NCBI GenBank assembly: GCA_000002435.2
Contig: AACB03000017.1
From: Giardia intestinalis
Taxonomy: Eukaryota
DNA: 10,211 bases
Strand: one strand, 5' to 3'
The notes below the pieces were generated by a model. That model ran no database searches and was not told the origin of the DNA. It worked only from the letters and a program-made list of their open reading frames with translations. Both the position numbers and the translations under genes were made by a program. Positions 9,661-10,211 of the stretch are shown here, piece after piece; the first letter of the stretch is position 1; the number at the start of each line of letters is the position of its first letter.

Positions 9661-10061
9661 TTATAAGGTGAATGTAGGTAGGCAAGCACATCGCAGAGCT
9701 GGGCAAGAACCATCCAAATAGTGCTTTCGTCATAGAGATGCGCAGCCTCAAATCTGTCAACGATTTGCTGCCGTAAGCTCTGGCTTAAATATGCATCCAT
9801 GAAGACATAGTACGTGTGGCGGAACTGGTCGTGGAAAACATTATGAATCTGAAGAATTCCTGGGTGCTGAAGTCTCTGTGTTAGTTGATACTGTCGATCT
9901 ACATGCTCTCGAAGAGTAGTTGCAGATTGAGTGTAGTCTATAACTTTGCAGACAACGTCGTGTGAGGTCCACGTATCGTGCGCCCAATGAATCCTAGAAT
10001 GCTGCCCATGGGTAAGAAGAGGCCCAAGGCGGTACCTATCCATCAGGAGAGTCGTGAGCAT
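9657..10061 (-). CDS. Exon/segment 1 of NEK (NIMA-related)-like protein kinase homolog: N-lobe, kinase subdomains I to VIa; frame is interrupted at its 3' end
   Basis: 134-aa ORF. 'YRLGPLLTHGQHSRI' aligns to the NEK G-loop region but lacks GxGxxG. 'VVCKVIDY' corresponds to the VAIK lysine plus the NEK-typical K-E-L-D-Y context. 'HPGILQIHNVF' is subdomain IV, 'YYVFMDAY' is the hinge, and 'LAQLCDVLAYLHS' is subdomain VIa. It is the first in-frame ATG after an upstream stop, 4 codons upstream. The ORF stops 'TGA' at 9657-9659 immediately before the catalytic loop. Confidence 0.8.
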   Translation of the reverse strand: MLTTLLMDRYRLGPLLTHGQHSRIHWAHDTWTSHDVVCKVIDYTQSATTLREHVDRQYQLTQRLQHPGILQIHNVFHDQFRHTYYVFMDAYLSQSLRQQIVDRFEAAHLYDESTIWMVLAQLCDVLAYLHSPYN

Positions 10062-10211
10062 TGAGAGGCAAATTTAAGAATAAATTTACTCATTTGGATA
10101 GCATCATCGACGAATTGAGACATATATGGTGTTTTGACACTAAATACAGAAGAATCAAGCCAATTTCTTTTCAAGATAGGCGATGCTTGAGCAGAATTGT
10201 TGTCTTGTTCT
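10062..10211 (-). promoter_or_regulatory. AT-rich 5' flank of the kinase gene; possible core promoter, with a TATA-like 'catatatg' at about 10121-10128
   Basis: On the minus strand the sequence immediately upstream of the ATG is 'aaatgagtaaatttattcttaaatttgcctctca', which is AT-rich. 'atatat' lies about 62 nt upstream of the ATG. This is suggestive only. No organism-specific promoter model was applied. Confidence 0.2.

Larger units (their letters stand above)
7539..10061 (-). pseudogene. Whole locus: NEK-family pseudokinase gene interrupted by two frameshifts and lacking a stop codon or 3' end before the satellite. Candidate pseudogene, or alternatively an intact gene with two homopolymer sequencing errors.
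   Basis: Three collinear kinase segments in three different frames. The protein reads smoothly across both junctions (...LAYLHSPYN/LNCPEVGIVIHRN... and ...IFLSNNTAWF/LGGMRQ...). There is no in-frame stop between the tail and the 51-bp array. Confidence 0.5.

Noticed and set aside
9574-9663. Programmed ribosomal frameshifting or tiny introns explaining the three-frame kinase core
   Set aside because: There is no X XXY YYZ slippery heptamer at either site. The frames overlap or abut with protein continuity across the junctions, leaving no room for GT..AG introns that would restore frame. Simple 1-nt indels fit better.
7539-10211. Prokaryotic origin of the unique region, suggested by the GTG-start ORF call at 9583
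   Set aside because: The GTG 'start' is internal to a longer open frame and is an ORF-caller artefact. The kinase has NEK-specific motifs typical of eukaryotes and a long disordered tail. No Shine-Dalgarno or operon context is seen.
1-10211. Telomeric repeats, rRNA or tRNA genes, and transposon ends
   Set aside because: There are no short G-rich telomere-type hexamer or heptamer arrays. No tRNA-like cloverleaf candidates or rRNA-like conserved blocks were recognised. No terminal inverted repeats or target-site duplications flank the array or the gene.

Overview
The window has two parts. (1) Positions 1-7538 are one continuous, GC-rich tandem satellite with a 51-bp unit, about 148 hand-counted copies, and it runs off the left edge. 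It has a constant 28-bp core and a 23-bp block that comes in two diverged forms (subfamily A and subfamily B), plus recombinant units, recurrent 48-bp deletion units and multi-unit higher-order duplications. Because 51 bp is 17 codons and the unit is stop-poor, it is open in 5 of 6 frames, so nearly all ORF-track entries inside it are artefacts. (2) Positions 7539-10211 are lower-GC unique DNA carrying one minus-strand gene homologous to eukaryotic NEK (NIMA-related) Ser/Thr kinases (7539-10061). Its catalytic core is spread over three reading frames by two 1-nt frameshifts at 9657-9663 and 9574-9592. Its catalytic motifs are degenerate: HRN instead of HRD, LGG in place of DFG, and no GxGxxG glycine loop. 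It is therefore a predicted pseudokinase and possibly a pseudogene. After about 560 aa of S/T/N/Q-rich tail, its ORF reads straight into the satellite with no stop codon. No rRNA, tRNA, CRISPR, transposon or telomere signatures were seen. The organism cannot be assigned from sequence alone; the kinase is eukaryote-type.
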